Shown here piece by piece: positions 53,023 through 63,204 of a DNA stretch of 64,000 nucleotides. How positions within the stretch are numbered: position 1 is the stretch's first letter; the number at the start of each line of letters is the position of its first letter. The notes beneath the pieces were generated by a model, which saw only the letters and a program-made list of their open reading frames with translations, had not been told where the DNA came from and did not search any database. Origin of the DNA: a virus (lineage: Duplodnaviria > Caudoviricetes). Location: the IMG/VR virus record IMGVR_UViG_3300000101_000005. One strand, written 5' to 3'. Position numbers and translations under genes: made by a program.

Positions 53023-54647
53023 ATTGTAGCAAAACTCTTAATAGTAATTGATCCTACCATAGCACTGTGGTTAGTACATTGATATCTGTAACCACCTGAT
53101 ATTCCTGCAGGAACTTTCCAATACAATATTCCACCAGTCTTTGAATTTGCACTAGCACCTGTAGTTACTGTTCCAGTATCTGTTACGTGTATTAGTCCTG
53201 TGTTATATGCTGCACTTGTAGCATCTTGAATTTGGAATGGATGACTTGCTGAAACACCTTGTAAGTTAAATGCAATTGTTGTTCCACTAATTGCATAAAT
53301 TGTAGGATTGTTTCCACCGTACTGATCAAATGTGTAAGCAGAAGTTCCGCTGGCTCCAACAACCAATTGTGTAATTGCTGGTAAGTAAACATCTGAAACT
53401 TTTAATCCTGCTGATGTTACATCACCTAAGTCGTCAAAGTCAGTTGCTCCGCCACCTGATCCTGTAATAGTAACACTGTCTCCACTTGCATTTGTTGTAA
53501 GTGTAATGTTTGTACCGGCTGTAAGTGTTAGTGTATCAGTTGTAGTATCTGCTACAACATCACTTTGACCAGCAACAGCAATAGTGCTAAATGCATTTTG
53601 GTTTGCATCTCCGCCACCGCCTGATGCTGAAGGTGCCCAGTTAGCACCGTTCCATTTAAGTACTTGTCCGCTTGTTGGTGCAGCAGTTGTTGTGTCAACA
53701 TCACTTAGTGCATCAATTGATAATGTTCCAATTCCTGTAATAAATCCTGCACCGTTAGTTAACTGATTGTTATTTGTAGGTACAGTTGGTCTACCTGTTA
53801 AAGAAGTATATGCTCCGTCAAAGGCATCTGTAATACCAAAGCCTGTAATGGTTGTTGGCTTACTTGTAATGTCATTCCATGCAACACCTGTAATGTAACT
53901 TGTAAGGTCTGGTGGAGTAAAAGTAAACACACCAGTTGTGTTATCGTATGCAATTGCTCCGTTACCTGATGCTGTTGCAGCAGAACCAACGCTTAATGCT
54001 GTAAGTTGTAATAAACTAGGAGTGTTGCTTAGATTATTGTAATTTAAAAAGTATGAACTATCAAAACCGTCTAGGGTATCTGCATCAGTACCAGCACCAC
54101 CTGTTGTACTATCTACACCCGGTACCCAATTACTGCCGTTCCATTTTAAAACTTGTCCTGCAGTTGGTGCTGTAGTTGCTGTGTCTACATCTGATAAGAA
54201 GTCAATGCTAAATGCAGTCATGTCTAATGTTATTTTGTCTAATGCTGCATCACCAACTGATTGAATGTTTACTCCGCCAGCAATAGTAAGTGTATCTGTT
54301 GAAGCATCTGCAACAACGTTTGCACCTGTGTCAGTTGAAATAGTTGAGAATATATTACCACTTGCACCGCCGCCTGACGATGTTAAGGTAACTGTATCTG
54401 TACTAGCACTTGTAGTGATAGTCATTCCAGATCCAGCAACTAAGTTTAGTGTGTCTGCTCCACTATCTGCTGAAACGCTGTCTTGCCCTGAAACTGCTAT
54501 AGTAGCAAATGATAGGCTTGAACCACCTCCGCCACCGCCTCCACCAGAGATAACGATATCCCAAGTCGTACCGTTCCATTGCCATGTAACGCCACCGCTT
54601 GTATATTGGTCTCCTACTAAAGGACTGTTTGGAAATGCTAGTGCCAT
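53019..54647 (-). CDS. fibre-like virion protein with internal repeats
   Basis: Three FxTI...DTLxxxAG repeats, two LSDVD...GQVLKWNG repeats, C-terminal YQCTNHSAMVG; TAAATA at 54667-54672. Confidence 0.7.
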   Translation of the reverse strand: MALAFPNSPLVGDQYTSGGVTWQWNGTTWDIVISGGGGGGGGSSLSFATIAVSGQDSVSADSGADTLNLVAGSGMTITTSASTDTVTLTSSGGGASGNIFSTISTDTGANVVADASTDTLTIAGGVNIQSVGDAALDKITLDMTAFSIDFLSDVDTATTAPTAGQVLKWNGSNWVPGVDSTTGGAGTDADTLDGFDSSYFLNYNNLSNTPSLLQLTALSVGSAATASGNGAIAYDNTTGVFTFTPPDLTSYITGVAWNDITSKPTTITGFGITDAFDGAYTSLTGRPTVPTNNNQLTNGAGFITGIGTLSIDALSDVDTTTAAPTSGQVLKWNGANWAPSASGGGGDANQNAFSTIAVAGQSDVVADTTTDTLTLTAGTNITLTTNASGDSVTITGSGGGATDFDDLGDVTSAGLKVSDVYLPAITQLVVGASGTSAYTFDQYGGNNPTIYAISGTTIAFNLQGVSASHPFQIQDATSAAYNTGLIHVTDTGTVTTGASANSKTGGILYWKVPAGISGGYRYQCTNHSAMVGSITIKSFATI

Positions 54648-54669
54648 AATATTTGTTCCTCTACTGTAT

Positions 54670-57189
54670 TTATACTATACGCAAATTAGTTATAGTAACG
54701 CCACCGCTTGTTGCAAATGGCTGATCTGAGTTATATTTGTTATATAAAATCTTACCTGCTGACCCCATAATGCTAGTAGTATATGCATTATAATCAGTAG
54801 ATGAGCTTGTTGTATACATTGTTGCTGGTGAGTTTCCTTCTACCTTTTGTTTAAGTTGTGCAGGTGTTAATGTAGGATCTACTTGTAAGTTTAATGCTCC
54901 TACTCCACATACTTGCGGACTTGCCATACTTGTGCCGCTAATAGATTGCTGGCCCCAACTACCGTCTAATTTATATGCTGCTGGACCGCCAATTTCTGAT
55001 GTGTTTGAACATGCACTAATAATATTTGTTCCAGGTGCCCATACAGTTACAGCAGGGCCTTTCATGCTGTCTGGCTTTGTTACATCTTGATTGTTAAGAA
55101 TTCTACTATCAATATTGCCTACGTTAAATGCTCCTGTTGCATATGGCGAAGGCGGTCTATGATAATTGTATGTTCCGGCAGTAAATGTAACAGTATTATT
55201 ATAGTCTGCTCCTGCCGCAACATCAACTTTATAATAATCATTACCTGCTGCAATACAAACATGTATACCATCATTAATCATATCTGCAACTTCAGCATCA
55301 ACGTATGCTACTTGGACAGGAATTTTCCATCTCGTTCCTACGTATGGTACAACACCTACGTTTGCCCATACCTGTTGAATAGTAGTATAGTCAGTTCCGT
55401 AAGTCCATGCTGCTCCTCTGTAGTTTCCAGATACTGGAGTTTCTGTATTAGCAATGTTAGTTCCGTATCCCCAACTCATGTTAACAATAGTTGGTCTTTT
55501 AACTTTTGTAATCGGATCAATAGGTTTTTTGTTGTGCCAGCTTCTAATACAATCAAATGAATTTACAATACTAATACCATTATCAGGATCTGCTGTGCCT
55601 TCAAGCCCTCCTAATTTTTGTGAATATATTCTTGCACCTTTTGCCCAACCAAAGGTTTTACCTGCAACTGTTCCTGTGCAGTGTGTTCCGTGCCCGTGCA
55701 AGTCTGTATAAAAAGTTGTATCTTGTGTTCCTGTTACAGTACTTTCTTCGTACCAGTCAATTTGCTGTAGTCTTGAACTTGATGTATTTGAAACATATCC
55801 TGACGATCCTGCTACAAATGGATTTCCTATATCGCCGTCTGGGAAAATACTTTGTAAAACATCAATGTCAATTTTTTCAATTACATCTTTAATATGTGTG
55901 TTAAACAATCCATAACCTAACGGATTTAGAGCTTGTACACCTGCTGGAGTACGTGCAGAGTCAGCCCATTCAGGAGCTAGACTGCCACCGTCCCATAAAC
56001 TTGTATATTCAAACATTGCAAAGTTTAGTAGATATAAGTATTCTTTTACTGCTACAGGAAATGTATCGGCATCTGTTTTCCAGTTAGGTGCACCACTGCT
56101 TGCCGCATCCCATATATTGTTATCTTCTGCTTCTTTCATTGCAAGGAACATTGGACCTGTTGCCCAGTCTGAATCGAAGCTAGGAAACATTTTTAATTCT
56201 CTTGCTTCGAGTCCATACTGATGTATTGTATGAAATACATGTTCTATTACTTCTGTTATATCGTTGTTGCCAGTACCTGATCTTACATACCAAACCATAT
56301 CGTCAACAGCATGGCTATCTAAAAATCCTTGATAACCGCTATAACTAGCAATGCCACCGTCAGTTAACCAATTAGGTGAGTAATTAGCACCAGTGCCGAA
56401 ACCAACTCGTTGTGCTGCTGGAGTTCCTGCATGCCACGTACCTGTATCGCCTCTTAGGTTTTCGATAAGTTTTTTTTGCTTTTCAGTGTTTGTTGTTTTA
56501 CGTGGAGTTAGTAATAGCTCAACTGTTCTTGCAACTTTTTTTGCAAACTCGCTATGCACAGTTGTTGCTCCGCCTACTGCTCCTGCAACTACAATTTTAA
56601 GTCCGTGTACATTAATACTTCTATCAAACACGGCGCCATTGGTACTATCTGTAACTAATGGACCTGCAGCATAATGATCTGGTGCTACAAAATTTAATGT
56701 TTCCCATTCAGGGTGTCCACCTTCAATTCCGCTATCTTGAATAACAACATCAACCCCTGTACCATCTAGTGGATACAAATAAGGATCTGTTATTGATGTA
56801 ATTGTCTGTTCGCCAGACGGTGTACTACCGTTGCCATAATTTTCTGTTAAACTTTGACACCGTTTAAGTGCCCAGTTGTCAAGATTACCAGCACTACCAG
56901 AACCTCTAAAAAAGTTTCCTGCTTGTGAAGCTCGCAAACTTATTTGAACATCGTCACGTTCTTCAATAGGAATTTCAACAGCTAAAACTCTATCATCGTT
57001 TCTTAAATCTTCTGCTTCTGCGTCTGATAACATGAAATGAGTTGATACTCTAGACGCTTCACGAGGATTTGCAATTGTAACTTTTCTTGTTGGAATTGTA
57101 TCTGAACCTAGTGCTGAAACCATCTCTGCATCGAGTGCAGCAAGATCAACTCCGGGGTTTACTGTAACAATATATTCTCTGTCAGCCAT
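54670..57189 (-). CDS. S8 subtilisin-like serine protease with a large insertion
   Basis: VVIQDSG (Asp), HGHGTHCTG (His), AAGND, GTSMASP (Ser). Confidence 0.92.
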   Translation of the reverse strand: MADREYIVTVNPGVDLAALDAEMVSALGSDTIPTRKVTIANPREASRVSTHFMLSDAEAEDLRNDDRVLAVEIPIEERDDVQISLRASQAGNFFRGSGSAGNLDNWALKRCQSLTENYGNGSTPSGEQTITSITDPYLYPLDGTGVDVVIQDSGIEGGHPEWETLNFVAPDHYAAGPLVTDSTNGAVFDRSINVHGLKIVVAGAVGGATTVHSEFAKKVARTVELLLTPRKTTNTEKQKKLIENLRGDTGTWHAGTPAAQRVGFGTGANYSPNWLTDGGIASYSGYQGFLDSHAVDDMVWYVRSGTGNNDITEVIEHVFHTIHQYGLEARELKMFPSFDSDWATGPMFLAMKEAEDNNIWDAASSGAPNWKTDADTFPVAVKEYLYLLNFAMFEYTSLWDGGSLAPEWADSARTPAGVQALNPLGYGLFNTHIKDVIEKIDIDVLQSIFPDGDIGNPFVAGSSGYVSNTSSSRLQQIDWYEESTVTGTQDTTFYTDLHGHGTHCTGTVAGKTFGWAKGARIYSQKLGGLEGTADPDNGISIVNSFDCIRSWHNKKPIDPITKVKRPTIVNMSWGYGTNIANTETPVSGNYRGAAWTYGTDYTTIQQVWANVGVVPYVGTRWKIPVQVAYVDAEVADMINDGIHVCIAAGNDYYKVDVAAGADYNNTVTFTAGTYNYHRPPSPYATGAFNVGNIDSRILNNQDVTKPDSMKGPAVTVWAPGTNIISACSNTSEIGGPAAYKLDGSWGQQSISGTSMASPQVCGVGALNLQVDPTLTPAQLKQKVEGNSPATMYTTSSSTDYNAYTTSIMGSAGKILYNKYNSDQPFATSGGVTITNLRIV

Positions 57190-57198
57190 GCTTTATAC

Positions 57199-58926
57199 CT
57201 ATACCAAGCTCGCCCAAGCACCATTTTCGTATACCTGTGCTTTGTTCAACGTAGTGTCATATACCATATCACCGTTTGCAGGTGTTAGTGCATTTTTCTG
57301 TGTTGTTGTAAAGCTAGGCAGTCTAAATGGAGCACCGGTAACTCTTACACCGTCTTGTGTATCTAAAACTAGTGTTGAACTACTTGTAATTTGAGGTGTG
57401 CCAGTATCGGTCTGTGCAATAGTTTTTACTGATAATGTATCATTTACTGTTAAATTCTGTGTTGTATGATTAGTTGTTGTAAAGTCTGTTACTGAAAATT
57501 GTGCTGCTGTAAGCAAATTGTTTACAGTTAAATCGTTTTCAACTGTTAGATCACTTTGCATTAACACACCTGGAGTAAAGTTTATTCCTGAACTATCACT
57601 AGTGTCAATGTTCGAACCTGTAAATACAAAGTTACCAACTTCAGCTGCTGTTGCACCACCTGTTGCTGTACCACTTGACACATACGCTGAAAATCCTGTA
57701 CCGTTTACAGTTGTTGATAAAGCACTGTCAGAGTATAAAGCAAACTCTAATGTGCTAGTAACGTTTGCATAATATTCATTACCATTAAGCTGTGTCATTC
57801 CGTTGACACCTGCAATTGTTACAGGTTGTCCTTCGTAAAAACCGTGTGCAGAACTTGTACTAATTACAACTGGATTTGCCTGTGTTGCTGCGGCAATAGT
57901 TGCAGTTACAGAACCACTACCAACTGCATCTGATGCAGGTGACCATTGCGCACCGTCCCATTTAAGTACTTGGTTAGTACTTGGTGAACTTCCTGATACA
58001 TCTGAAAGTGTTGTAATTGATGTTGCTGTTAAATTTTGTAATGCACTATCTGCTTTAGTACCTTGAGCTGATGTTGCAGCATCTGTAATACCATAACCAG
58101 CAAGTGTTGTTGCATTGTTTGCTAGTTTTGTCCATGCACCTGCATGAGCAAAGTACCCAGCACCTGTAGCATGAACATGTGCAAACATTCCATGATACGT
58201 TGTAGCACTAGGTAAGTCTCCTTCTGTTGCAAATACATTTGCAAAGTAAACTTTGCCTGTTGTAGTAATATCATTACTACCCATAGCTAAAGTGCCACTA
58301 ACTGTTAAACCGTTTAATACCGGAGGTGCATATGTAAACACACCTGTAGTATTATCGTAACTAACTGCGCCATCGCCTGCCGCAGTACCTTCTGCACCAA
58401 CTGATATACTTGACCTAACTGCTGATTGATCTAATCCAGCTGCTGGTGCTGCTGCATTAATCCATGCTGCACCATTCCATTTTAATACTTGATCAGTACT
58501 CGGAGTTGTAATAGTTACGTTTGTTAAATCTTGTAAGTTATCTGGGATAGCAGGATAACCTAATACCGGTTGTACCCATTGATTACTATCACCATCGTTA
58601 ATATAGACATACAGTGTACCATTACTGCTATTAAACCAAATTGTACCTGCTGTTGGTGTGCTAGGTGCTGTTTGGCTTACTTCAATACTGCCACCACCAC
58701 CACCTACTCCAGCCGCTGTTGCTTTTGCAGCAAATATAGAGTTAGTAACGTTGGTTAAATCGCCTCTTGCTAATGGTAAACCGCCTACAACTATACTGTC
58801 AAACAGTCTAATCGTATTGTTGTCCTTATCATAGAATATTTCTCCACGTGCGCCGGACTTTCTATCCAGAAATTCTGCATCTCTTGGTACTACGCGAAGG
58901 TTATTAATGATAGGTAAATTGGCCAT
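57199..58926 (-). CDS. fibre-like virion protein
   Basis: Two QVLKW(N/D)G repeats, YDNTTGVFT, ATQANP...HG...GMTQLNG domain; TAAATA at 58956-58961. Confidence 0.7.
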   Translation of the reverse strand: MANLPIINNLRVVPRDAEFLDRKSGARGEIFYDKDNNTIRLFDSIVVGGLPLARGDLTNVTNSIFAAKATAAGVGGGGGSIEVSQTAPSTPTAGTIWFNSSNGTLYVYINDGDSNQWVQPVLGYPAIPDNLQDLTNVTITTPSTDQVLKWNGAAWINAAAPAAGLDQSAVRSSISVGAEGTAAGDGAVSYDNTTGVFTYAPPVLNGLTVSGTLAMGSNDITTTGKVYFANVFATEGDLPSATTYHGMFAHVHATGAGYFAHAGAWTKLANNATTLAGYGITDAATSAQGTKADSALQNLTATSITTLSDVSGSSPSTNQVLKWDGAQWSPASDAVGSGSVTATIAAATQANPVVISTSSAHGFYEGQPVTIAGVNGMTQLNGNEYYANVTSTLEFALYSDSALSTTVNGTGFSAYVSSGTATGGATAAEVGNFVFTGSNIDTSDSSGINFTPGVLMQSDLTVENDLTVNNLLTAAQFSVTDFTTTNHTTQNLTVNDTLSVKTIAQTDTGTPQITSSSTLVLDTQDGVRVTGAPFRLPSFTTTQKNALTPANGDMVYDTTLNKAQVYENGAWASLV

Positions 58927-59000
58927 ATTATAAGTTCATCCCAGTTGTTGTAAAGTATTTATCTGCTTTCAGACTATTCATGTCATTAATAATCTGGCCA

Positions 59001-59006
59001 TAAATA
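59001..59006 (+). promoter_or_regulatory. late-type promoter TAAATA-N5-ATG
   Basis: TAAATA-GTAAT-ATG(59012). Confidence 0.7.
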
Positions 59007-59011
59007 GTAAT

Positions 59012-59590
59012 ATGATTATAGAGAACGATATTGCAACATGGACCGGCGTTATGAGACCCGAAGAATGTGCAGAACTTATTGAATACTACGAAAAATTGAA
59101 CGACTTGCACTTAACTGCTAGTCGACAAACACTAGGAGATAATTCAGCACATAATAAAGCAGACAATGCTGCATTTCTTCTTGAACAACCTGCATTGAAT
59201 ATGTCAACAGACAATCCTACTATACATACTTTTATGAATAGATTTATTGATTGCTGGAAGCAATATACTGCACATTATAGTGTGTTAGGCGAGTGCGGCG
59301 ATCACAGAGTTTACTTTATGAAACTTCAAAAAACCCTTCCAGGAGAAGGATATCATACTTGGCATTTTGAATCAGATACAAAAGAAAGGTCAGGTAGAAT
59401 TGCAGCGTGGGGAATGTATCTTAATACAGTTGACGAAGGCGGAGAAACAGAATGGTTGTATCAGAAGAAGCGTATTGCTGCTACTGAAGGAACCTTAGTT
59501 GTTTGGCCTGCAAGTTACACGCATACTCACAGAGGCAATCCGCCATTGAGTGGTGAAAAATATCTTTTAACAGGCTGGGTTGAGTTTTAA
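59012..59590 (+). CDS. 2OG-Fe(II) oxygenase
   Basis: GYHTWHFE, YLNTVDEGGETE, WPASYTHTHRG, KYLLTGW. Confidence 0.88.
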   Translation: MIIENDIATWTGVMRPEECAELIEYYEKLNDLHLTASRQTLGDNSAHNKADNAAFLLEQPALNMSTDNPTIHTFMNRFIDCWKQYTAHYSVLGECGDHRVYFMKLQKTLPGEGYHTWHFESDTKERSGRIAAWGMYLNTVDEGGETEWLYQKKRIAATEGTLVVWPASYTHTHRGNPPLSGEKYLLTGWVEF

Positions 59591-60216
59591 TGAAAATAAT
59601 CCCGACGTTTCCAACGGATCTGTTTGAATTTCATAATACCGAGATTGACAACGAACAATTAATCCCCGAACTTGAAAAATACGCAGAGATTGTTAAGTCT
59701 GGCGAAACAATAAGTTCGATGAGAAACTTACACGACAAAGAAGAATTACAACCTTTATTTTCTTGGATTAATAAATGTATTGAAGAAGTTAGAATTTATC
59801 AAAAATATGATTGCGAAGGATTTGCAATTACTAGCAGTTGGTTTAATAGAGCGTTACCACGAGACGGAATGAGATTACATTATCACAGGCATTCAATGAG
59901 TTTTCTTAGTGGTGTGTATTATGTAACTGACGGTAGTCCTACAGTATTTGAAGATCCAGTTAAACATAGAACTGAAGCACAGCTAGAAGTATTAAGACAC
60001 GAACACGCTCCGCATCAGTTTGTAGAAGCAGATCCTGGCAAATTAATATTATTTCCTAGTTGGCTGTTTCATAGTGCAACACCGCATTATGGAAACAAAG
60101 ATAGATATATTATTAGTTTTAATGTAATGCCCACAGGAGCAATTAATTACAATCTTGCAACAGACTCTGTTGCAAACATAGAAATTCATAATAAGGAAAA
60201 GACATATGATCAATAA
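59590..60216 (+). CDS. putative 2OG-Fe(II) oxygenase (TIGR02466-like)
   Basis: SWFN, HYHRHSMSFLSGVYY, LFPSWLFHS, RYIISFN. Confidence 0.82.
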   Translation: MKIIPTFPTDLFEFHNTEIDNEQLIPELEKYAEIVKSGETISSMRNLHDKEELQPLFSWINKCIEEVRIYQKYDCEGFAITSSWFNRALPRDGMRLHYHRHSMSFLSGVYYVTDGSPTVFEDPVKHRTEAQLEVLRHEHAPHQFVEADPGKLILFPSWLFHSATPHYGNKDRYIISFNVMPTGAINYNLATDSVANIEIHNKEKTYDQ

Positions 60217-61690
60217 GTTGCTTGTACTAGGTGGTGGCAATGCTGGACTAATGACTGCACTATATCATAAAAAGTCTATTGACAACCTAGACATTACACT
60301 TATCAAATCTGACAAGATTGGTACAATTGGTGTTGGTGAAGGTAGCACTGAACATTGGAAAAGATTCGCTGAGGCAGTTGGTATTACACTAACTGATCTT
60401 GTAAAAGAATGTGGTGCAACTATTAAGATTGGTATTAAGTTTGAGGATTGGCATGGTGACAAAACCAGTTACTATCACAGTTTAGCAGAGCCATATGTAT
60501 ACGCGGATGCATACACAGGCGATGCACATACGCTGATGAGATTAATTTCAGAAGGTGTTGACTCTGAATCGTTGCATTGGGATTTACCTATGCAAGGATG
60601 GTTAAGTCCACCATTTGAAGATTACTATCAGTTTCATTTTGATAGCGAAAAACTAAATGCATTTTTAGAAAAAAGATGTATCGAAGCAGGCATTAACGTT
60701 ATAACTACAGAAGTTGTAGATGTTAACATTGACGCCGGAGGCTTTGTAGAATCTGTAGTTGATGTAGAAAGACGAACACATACCGCAGACTTCTTTATTG
60801 ACAGTAGTGGATTTAAAAGAGTTATTGCCAGTAAACTAGGTGCTGAGTGGGTAGACTGGTCATCATTTTTACCTATGAATAGTGCTATTGCTTTTCAAAC
60901 ATCACGTCAAGAAGATATACCACCTTACACACTTTCTAGAGCATTGAGTGCTGGCTGGCATTGGCGCAGTCCTGTACAAGAACGTTTTGGTAATGGCTAT
61001 GTGTTTAGTGATCAATTTATTTCTGAGGACGAAGCTATTAGAGAAATACAAACATTATTTTCAGATACAATTAATATAGGTAGAAAAATTAACTTTGTTT
61101 CAGGTAAAGTTGATAAGTTTTGGATTAAGAATTGTGTAAGTATTGGACTTAGCAGTAACTTTGTAGAGCCATTAGAAGCAAGTAGTATTTCAACAACCAT
61201 ACAACAGTCAAGAGCATTAGTTGCCTCACTAGCATCTTGGGAACGTAGTGATCAAGCAACTATAAACGAATACAATAGAATATTTGATGATTGTTTAAGC
61301 AATGTACTAGACTTTATTCAATTGCATTACTTTACACAAAGAGAAGATTCAAAGTTTTGGCGCTGGTGTAAAAATGAAATAGAATATACAGATTTTAACA
61401 AACAGAATATAGAAAATTTTAAAAAACAATTTGTAAATCAAATATTATTACCCGAAGATGGGTCGCATGGAAGTTTTAGAATTTACGATAATCTAAATTG
61501 GATACAAGTTATGCATGGATTACGTATGTTTGATATTCCTAGCATTAAAAAATTATACAACGAGCGTTACAGTAAACATCGTGCTGAAGACACAGCACAA
61601 CTATCTTCATTGCCGCAAAGTCCTACTAAAGATTTTGTAAAATGTAGAGAAGCAGTAAACATGTTAAAAGGAATATCTTACTCGCTATGA
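60206..61690 (+). CDS. flavin-dependent (tryptophan halogenase family) protein 1
   Basis: GGGNAG, GVGEG, ATIKIGIKF, FIDSSGF, WHWRSP, FVEPLEAS. Confidence 0.9.
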   Translation: MINKLLVLGGGNAGLMTALYHKKSIDNLDITLIKSDKIGTIGVGEGSTEHWKRFAEAVGITLTDLVKECGATIKIGIKFEDWHGDKTSYYHSLAEPYVYADAYTGDAHTLMRLISEGVDSESLHWDLPMQGWLSPPFEDYYQFHFDSEKLNAFLEKRCIEAGINVITTEVVDVNIDAGGFVESVVDVERRTHTADFFIDSSGFKRVIASKLGAEWVDWSSFLPMNSAIAFQTSRQEDIPPYTLSRALSAGWHWRSPVQERFGNGYVFSDQFISEDEAIREIQTLFSDTINIGRKINFVSGKVDKFWIKNCVSIGLSSNFVEPLEASSISTTIQQSRALVASLASWERSDQATINEYNRIFDDCLSNVLDFIQLHYFTQREDSKFWRWCKNEIEYTDFNKQNIENFKKQFVNQILLPEDGSHGSFRIYDNLNWIQVMHGLRMFDIPSIKKLYNERYSKHRAEDTAQLSSLPQSPTKDFVKCREAVNMLKGISYSL

Positions 61691-63204
61691 TGATACAATC
61701 TCTAACAGTATTAGGAGGCGGAACAAGCGGATTAGTTTCTGCAATTATGATTAAGAAATCTTTCCCACATATTGATCTTACACTATTGCGTTCATCTAAA
61801 ATTGGAATTATTGGTGTAGGTGAAGGATCAACCGAACACTGGCTAAGTTTTTTAAAGCATTCTGATATTGATGTGCCGACACTTGTAAGAGAAACAGGTG
61901 CTACATTTAAAGTTGGTATTAAGTTTACTAACTGGAATGGTGATGGAAAACATTATTATCATAGTTTAACAGATGCATACGGATCATTAGATCCAAAAAA
62001 CGAAATGCCAATAACATTCATGAGAATGATTGCTGAACAGTGGGATCCTTTAGACACTGCATGGAAACGTAACACACGAGATAGTTCACATGCTGAACCA
62101 TTACACGACACAGTAGCACAATATCATTTTGATACACACAAATTAAATGAGTTTCTTGTTAAAGAATGTAAAAATCGAGATATTAAAGTTTTAGATGTTG
62201 AAATACAAGATGTAATTTTAGATGATACAGGTAACGTTAAAGAGCTAGTTGATGAACAAGGTACAAAACATGCTAGTGAGTTCTTTATTGACTGTAGTGG
62301 ATTTAATAGAGTAATATCAAGTAAACTAGGACAAAAATGGGTAGACTGTTCTCATCAACTTCCTATGAATAGTGCTATTGCATTTCCAACAGCTAGAACT
62401 GAAGACATTCCTTCTTGGACAGAAGCAACTGCATTAAGCAGTGGGTGGTGTTGGAGAATTCCAACACAAGACAGATATGGTAACGGCTATGTGTTTAGTG
62501 ATAATTTTATTAACGAAACACAAGCGTATGACGAAGTATCGCAGTATTATGAAAAACATCTAGGTATCAAAGATTTACAAATAGGAAAACGTGTAAAGTT
62601 TAGTGCTGGGTATGTTAACGAATTTTGGACTAAAAACTGTATGTCATTAGGTCTTAGTGGAATGTTTGTAGAACCATTAGAAGCAAGTTCAATTGGATCA
62701 ACTATTCAGCAAACGTTTTTATTGTTAGGCTCACTTGCATACTATCGAAAAGATTCATCTAGTGCATTAGTAAAAACATTTAACACTAGAATGAATAAAG
62801 TTGCTACTAATATTATTGATTTTATTCAAATTCACTATGTTACTAAAAGAAACGACACTGAGTTTTGGAAGTGGTGTAATCAAAATATTGAACTAACTGA
62901 TTTTAATAAAGATACTCTCGATACATTCAAGGAAGCATTTGTAAGTCCAAGCTATTTTTCAGAGCATCAATTAATGTTTAGTTTTTTTAATTGGTTACAA
63001 GTTATGCACGGATTACATATGTTTGACTATGATTCTGTTAAATCTTTCTGGGAAAAGAACTTTGCTAGTCTACACAACGAACAGATTAAAAGAGTTATCC
63101 ATGAAGGTACTAATACCCGTTCTGACGAAGGTAAAATTTATACCCATAGAGAAGCACTAAACTTACTAAAGGAGAGATATCTTGAAACTACAATCAACCT
63201 CTAA
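61687..63204 (+). CDS. flavin-dependent (tryptophan halogenase family) protein 2
   Basis: GGGTSG, GVGEG, ATFKVGIKF, FIDCSGF, WCWRIP, FVEPLEAS. Confidence 0.92.
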   Translation: MMIQSLTVLGGGTSGLVSAIMIKKSFPHIDLTLLRSSKIGIIGVGEGSTEHWLSFLKHSDIDVPTLVRETGATFKVGIKFTNWNGDGKHYYHSLTDAYGSLDPKNEMPITFMRMIAEQWDPLDTAWKRNTRDSSHAEPLHDTVAQYHFDTHKLNEFLVKECKNRDIKVLDVEIQDVILDDTGNVKELVDEQGTKHASEFFIDCSGFNRVISSKLGQKWVDCSHQLPMNSAIAFPTARTEDIPSWTEATALSSGWCWRIPTQDRYGNGYVFSDNFINETQAYDEVSQYYEKHLGIKDLQIGKRVKFSAGYVNEFWTKNCMSLGLSGMFVEPLEASSIGSTIQQTFLLLGSLAYYRKDSSSALVKTFNTRMNKVATNIIDFIQIHYVTKRNDTEFWKWCNQNIELTDFNKDTLDTFKEAFVSPSYFSEHQLMFSFFNWLQVMHGLHMFDYDSVKSFWEKNFASLHNEQIKRVIHEGTNTRSDEGKIYTHREALNLLKERYLETTINL

